A stretch of DNA of 28,047 nucleotides from contig JBJMMA010000086.1 in assembly GCA_045805065.1 (NCBI GenBank), positions 1 through 28,047 of the forward strand, given 5' to 3'. Each line of letters begins with the position of its first letter. Within the stretch, counting starts at the first letter, position 1. The position numbers and the translations under genes are program-made. The notes under the pieces were generated by a model. The model had not been told where the DNA came from. It saw only the letters and a list, made by a program, of their open reading frames with translations, and searched no databases. This document shows, piece by piece, positions 24,148 to 28,047 of the stretch. This DNA is from Bdellovibrionia bacterium. GTDB lineage: Bacteria > Bdellovibrionota > UBA1018.

Positions 24148-25953
24148 TCAGTTCTTCTTATGCGACTGGAAAGCAAACGGGTAAATGACCGTTGTCGGCT
24201 GCCCGTTCTCGGCCGCTGGGAATTGCATCGACTTGATGACATCCCGGACACATCCCTCAAGCTTGTCAAAATGAACATCCGTGCGCAGCAGCTGCACGGA
24301 AACGACCGGCCCGGTCGGGGAAATCTTCCACTGGTAGAGGATACGGCCTGCAAGATCCGAGTTCACTAAAAGCGCGCGCTCATAGCAGTTTCGGATCTGG
24401 CTTCGGTACTTGGCAATGACGGCTCGAACGACGTCGCGAGTCAGGCCCCCACTGGTCTGAAACCCTCCGCTTCCGCTGCCATCCAGGCCACCGCTCCCGC
24501 TTCCATCCCCACTCCCGGCGCCGGTTCCGAGAACGGAGCCCGCGGCAAAATCCTTCGAGGAGTTTCCGCCTGGCCCGGCAATCGGGCCCGTCGACTTGGG
24601 ATTGAACTCGTGATTTCCGCTCAACGTGGTTGAGGCCTGAGACAGGCTTGAGCTATCGCCTTTCGGAGAGCCTTTGGATCCTTCACCCAGATCGCCAATC
24701 GCGCCGCTCTTCAGAACAACTTTTCCCTGATCTCCGGACACAGCAGACGCGATCAAGCCCTGATCCACGATCTGATCGGCCTTAATGCCGCTTCCCTTCG
24801 GACCGCCGGATGTCTTTTTCAGAGCACCCAGAAGTCCCATGGTGTTGACGTCTTTGGGGGCAGCTGGTGCCGTCGCAACGTTCAAGCCTGATTTTTTAGG
24901 CCCTGGATTCTGCTTTACCTTAGGCTTTGCCAGATTGGCTTGAGAGTTCTTTTGAACAACCGGAGTTGCGATCTCCTTTTGTTTGCCACCCTCTACAACC
25001 GTAGCCTCTGCCGGCACGGCTTGCTTTTGCTCCTGAACCGGAGGAGGTGGCGGAATCAGTTGGGGCTTCGGAGGCGGTGCCTCCTCCAACCTTTGAATTT
25101 CCACTTTTGCAATACGGGGCGGCGCTTCCTGGGCGATCTGATCACTCACGGGATGCAGGTTGCTGAGCACAGTGATCGACGCTCCGATCAAGAGTGCTGC
25201 CGCAAACAAGCCGACGAGAAGCTTGTCTTGAAAGAAGTCGGTGCGGACTTTCGGAGGATTAGTCCAGGGAACGAGTCGCAAAAAGAAGCGCATTCCCTTC
25301 CATCTGACTTCAAGCAGATCATTGGGCCAGAGATCCGGAGACTTCCCGGCTTCCACCTGAATTCCCTTTTGGTAAACCACAGCGCCTGGCATTTCGCTCG
25401 TCAGGACCCGTATCGTTTCAGAGGCCTTTTGCTCCGGGTTCCAGAGAATCTTGAACTCAGGAACCTTTTCAAAGGGCTTTTGCTTTTTCACAAAGCGGCG
25501 GGGACGAAGGTGCAACACTTCTTCAATTGCGCCACTATCGGAGCGTCCTTGAACGACTTCGAGAACATAGCCGCTCTTGCTGATTGGCTTCAGCCCTGCC
25601 GCGCCTTGCGCAGGCGCCAGCGTGTCGCTGATCCCACCGCCATCCCACTCGGTCGTCAGTTTGTCTTCACGGCATAAAATCTGAAAGCCGCGGAACTGCA
25701 AGGGCTCATCACTGAGGATCACTCCCTCGCCGACTTCTTCAGCGGACTGGGAAATATCAAAGATGGACCAGTAGCCCGTGCTCGGGTCGAACTCGCCGCC
25801 ACCTACCCACTCCAACATGAAGTGTACAGGCTTGATTCCGCTGGCTCGCAAAACCACGTCACAGGCGGGAGATCGCCCAATCGTTACAATTGGACGTGTC
25901 AGGCCTGCGCTTGCCAGCTCGAGCGTGCCACGACGAATAATCACTCTTCTCAT
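24148..25953 (-). CDS. GltG/PglI-AgmX-like protein: FHA-like N-terminus, TM helix, Pro/Gly linker, TonB-C-like C-terminus
   Basis: TIGRSPACDVVL..S..H, one TM segment, poly-Pro and GLLGAL, then GGL.RDVV..VI.....QIRNCYERAL...LAG..W.I...G.V...C....I....FP....VIYPF.F. ATG 25953 overlaps the upstream TGA. Confidence 0.82.
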   Translation of the reverse strand: MRRVIIRRGTLELASAGLTRPIVTIGRSPACDVVLRASGIKPVHFMLEWVGGGEFDPSTGYWSIFDISQSAEEVGEGVILSDEPLQFRGFQILCREDKLTTEWDGGGISDTLAPAQGAAGLKPISKSGYVLEVVQGRSDSGAIEEVLHLRPRRFVKKQKPFEKVPEFKILWNPEQKASETIRVLTSEMPGAVVYQKGIQVEAGKSPDLWPNDLLEVRWKGMRFFLRLVPWTNPPKVRTDFFQDKLLVGLFAAALLIGASITVLSNLHPVSDQIAQEAPPRIAKVEIQRLEEAPPPKPQLIPPPPPVQEQKQAVPAEATVVEGGKQKEIATPVVQKNSQANLAKPKVKQNPGPKKSGLNVATAPAAPKDVNTMGLLGALKKTSGGPKGSGIKADQIVDQGLIASAVSGDQGKVVLKSGAIGDLGEGSKGSPKGDSSSLSQASTTLSGNHEFNPKSTGPIAGPGGNSSKDFAAGSVLGTGAGSGDGSGSGGLDGSGSGGFQTSGGLTRDVVRAVIAKYRSQIRNCYERALLVNSDLAGRILYQWKISPTGPVVSVQLLRTDVHFDKLEGCVRDVIKSMQFPAAENGQPTTVIYPFAFQSHKKN

Positions 25954-26288
25954 TTCGAGGGCCTCACTGCGCTTTTTCCATTCGACGTACCCGTTGGCGT
26001 GACCTCGCGATACACGGGTTTCCAAGGGGCTTCGTGCTTTTGGAACTCATTGAAGTTTTTCCGACCGTATATGACGGCCTGAAGGCTAGGTTGTTGATTA
26101 CCGAGCTGGATAAAGAGATCTGGGTTCGACTTTTCGCCTTCGATCACGTCAGCATCGAAATTCAAGACACTCGGAGCAATACGCGAGGACGGGCCTGGCG
26201 CACGCTTCTGTGGAGCCTTGTCCGCAGCATGAACAGGGAAAATCGAAACAGCAGCTAGAAGTGCACCGAGACTGATAAAAGTTTTCAT
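25950..26288 (-). CDS. Small secreted GltF/CglF-like protein
   Basis: Signal peptide ending VHA, motif LNFDADVIEGEKSNPDLFI, ATGA overlaps on both sides, and a position directly before the gltG-like gene. Confidence 0.7.
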   Translation of the reverse strand: MKTFISLGALLAAVSIFPVHAADKAPQKRAPGPSSRIAPSVLNFDADVIEGEKSNPDLFIQLGNQQPSLQAVIYGRKNFNEFQKHEAPWKPVYREVTPTGTSNGKSAVRPSK

Positions 26289-28047
26289 CGAGACATCTCC
26301 TGACACTTGGATAGAATCTTATCCTGTTTTTCAGCTGACAGCTCTTCAAACAGGTAACGTCTCATGACCTCTCCGGAATCCGAGGACAGCAAAATTCCCG
26401 TTCGATACCAATAGTACGTCTCATTCTCAGAAAACCATTCTTTGCGGCGCAGGTCCAATACGATCAAAGCGCCAATCGGGTTTTTCGATTGAACAAGCTT
26501 CTTGAGAACATCATCCCGAGTGGATGGCCATGGCCATTTCTCGACATTGACCATAGGAAGGGTTCGAGCCAATTCCTGCTGTTCCGCATCCTTCAGGGTC
26601 GAATCGATCTTGGCTTCAATTTTTCCGAACTCCTCGGCCTGCTGAGAGAACTCTTTGGCAAGCTCTTCGACACCAGCCTTATACTCGGCCTGCTGTTCAG
26701 GACTGAGCCCATCAGGAATCGGAGAGGAAAGAATGAGCTGAGCGAGCTTCTCTTCGTTTCCACGGGCGGCCTCAAAGATCCGGCGTTGGACCTGAGGGGT
26801 CTTGCCTGCGATATCCTTTTTAACCAACTCTCGGATTGCGCGCGTTTCAGTCGCAAGTCTCTCAACCGCTTTGGCAAGCGTTGCTGCCTTGGCCTTGGCC
26901 GAAGGATATCTGAGACCCTTCAGGCGACTCTCGGTTGGCGTCAACTCCACATGCTTTGGTTTGGCCGGGAGGAGTCCTTTCACCCAGGATTCTTCCTCTG
27001 TTGTTGGCGAAAACGCCCATTGCTGGTGGTTGAGGCGCAAGGCCAGAAGCGCAAGCTGGCGGTCGGAGTCGCTCTTTGGCGCGCTGGACTTGAACCACGA
27101 CACCACCGTCTGCGGACGGGTCAGGCCTAAAAGAGTGTGGAGATAAGCGCGACGCTCGACATCTAACTTGTCAATCTCGCGACGCGTGACCTCCTGACCA
27201 CTTCCCAGCTTTGCAAGAACCTGCTCCAGTTGCAGGGACTTACTGCTGATCTTATCGGTATTCACGCCTGCGAAAAGATCCACAACAGTCTGAAAATCGC
27301 CCTGCTTCAGATGGTATCCGGTGAGTGCCTGAAAGGGCCCCAAGTACTCTTTTGAGATTCTCTCATCCGGAGACAGCTTGACCATTTCCGCAACGGCCTG
27401 AGGATAGAGCTGTTTCTCGATGTAAAAATTCAGAAGGTCCTGTCTGGCGATCTTTGCCTTCTCAGGATCTGCACTTGCCGCAATGAACTGTTTGACCGAG
27501 TCGGTGTAACTGGACGCATCGCCCTTCTCACGCGCCTTTTTGGCGACTTCCAGCAAGCTCTCGCGCTTGAGCGCCTGAATTCTTTGACTATTGCTTAACG
27601 AAGCATACTTTGCGTCTTTGAATCGACGTCCGAGTTCATCAAATTGGCCAAGCTGATAGCGCGCCCACTGAGAGCGATAGAAGTTTTCCTCATTCGGCTC
27701 AGTCGCCAGTACCTGGTCCAGTAGCGGCAATGCGTCGCTGTACTCCTTATCCTCAAAACGGAGATCAAGTCTTCGTTTCGCGATTCGGATCCAGGAGCTC
27801 GACTTCGGATTCTGTTTGAGGAATCCGTCGAGGGATTTGACCAATTGCGGACGATTGGTCTTTGGATCTTTCTTGGACAACTGCTCGTAAGCCGCCATCT
27901 CAGAAAGAGCAGATTTCTCGCGCAGGTTCGCAAGTGCCGGATTGACCTGCACTCTGCGATTCAGGGTAACTACGCAAGCCCAGTCTTCCGTACTCTCGCA
28001 CACGTCAAGCCAGATCTGGGTGATCGTCGGCAGAAACTTGGACTGCT
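26285..28047 (-). CDS. TPR protein, GltD/AgmU-like (5' end outside the window)
   Basis: The frame is open to the window edge. Helical TPR-like repeats and a C-terminal SPIPDGLSPEQQAEYK..VEELA..F...A motif. Confidence 0.7.
   Translation of the reverse strand, partial: QSKFLPTITQIWLDVCESTEDWACVVTLNRRVQVNPALANLREKSALSEMAAYEQLSKKDPKTNRPQLVKSLDGFLKQNPKSSSWIRIAKRRLDLRFEDKEYSDALPLLDQVLATEPNEENFYRSQWARYQLGQFDELGRRFKDAKYASLSNSQRIQALKRESLLEVAKKAREKGDASSYTDSVKQFIAASADPEKAKIARQDLLNFYIEKQLYPQAVAEMVKLSPDERISKEYLGPFQALTGYHLKQGDFQTVVDLFAGVNTDKISSKSLQLEQVLAKLGSGQEVTRREIDKLDVERRAYLHTLLGLTRPQTVVSWFKSSAPKSDSDRQLALLALRLNHQQWAFSPTTEEESWVKGLLPAKPKHVELTPTESRLKGLRYPSAKAKAATLAKAVERLATETRAIRELVKKDIAGKTPQVQRRIFEAARGNEEKLAQLILSSPIPDGLSPEQQAEYKAGVEELAKEFSQQAEEFGKIEAKIDSTLKDAEQQELARTLPMVNVEKWPWPSTRDDVLKKLVQSKNPIGALIVLDLRRKEWFSENETYYWYRTGILLSSDSGEVMRRYLFEELSAEKQDKILSKCQEMSR

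Noticed and set aside
25954..26025. Longer N-terminus of the GltG-like ORF (start 26025)
   Set aside because: It overlaps the gltF-like CDS, whereas ATG 25953 gives a clean ATGA coupling.

Overview
This is a gene-dense bacterial window, most likely from Bdellovibrionota/Oligoflexia. That assignment is inferred from two TIGR02147/DUF4423-type genes, GNGG-motif secreted proteins and a glt-like gliding cluster. The left part (1-6.1 kb) holds housekeeping and stress genes: Mut7-C RNase, CorA, a CcmI/CycH C-terminal-like protein, IlvA, a tandem USP, a FmdB zinc ribbon, tRNA-Arg(TCT) and a hemerythrin. The middle (6.2-21.6 kb) is accessory: a VAO/PCMH flavoprotein, a 12-bladed NHL protein with Cys-pair inserts, a FeeM-PilZ plus membrane protein operon, and two convergent cassettes. 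In each cassette a TIGR02147-type HTH protein is translationally coupled to secreted 'GNGG...LVLHE' proteins, alongside tandem paralogous secreted proteins. The right part holds an alpha/beta hydrolase, a SAM methyltransferase, DUF72 and the 3' end of a gltD-gltF-gltG-like cluster. The most notable signals are the TIGR02147-secretome cassettes, helically phased 10-bp repeat arrays (TGTTCTYTGA) in two nearby intergenic regions, pervasive leaderless-type promoter geometry, and three sigma54-type promoters. All family calls come from motif recognition by eye; no database searches were run.
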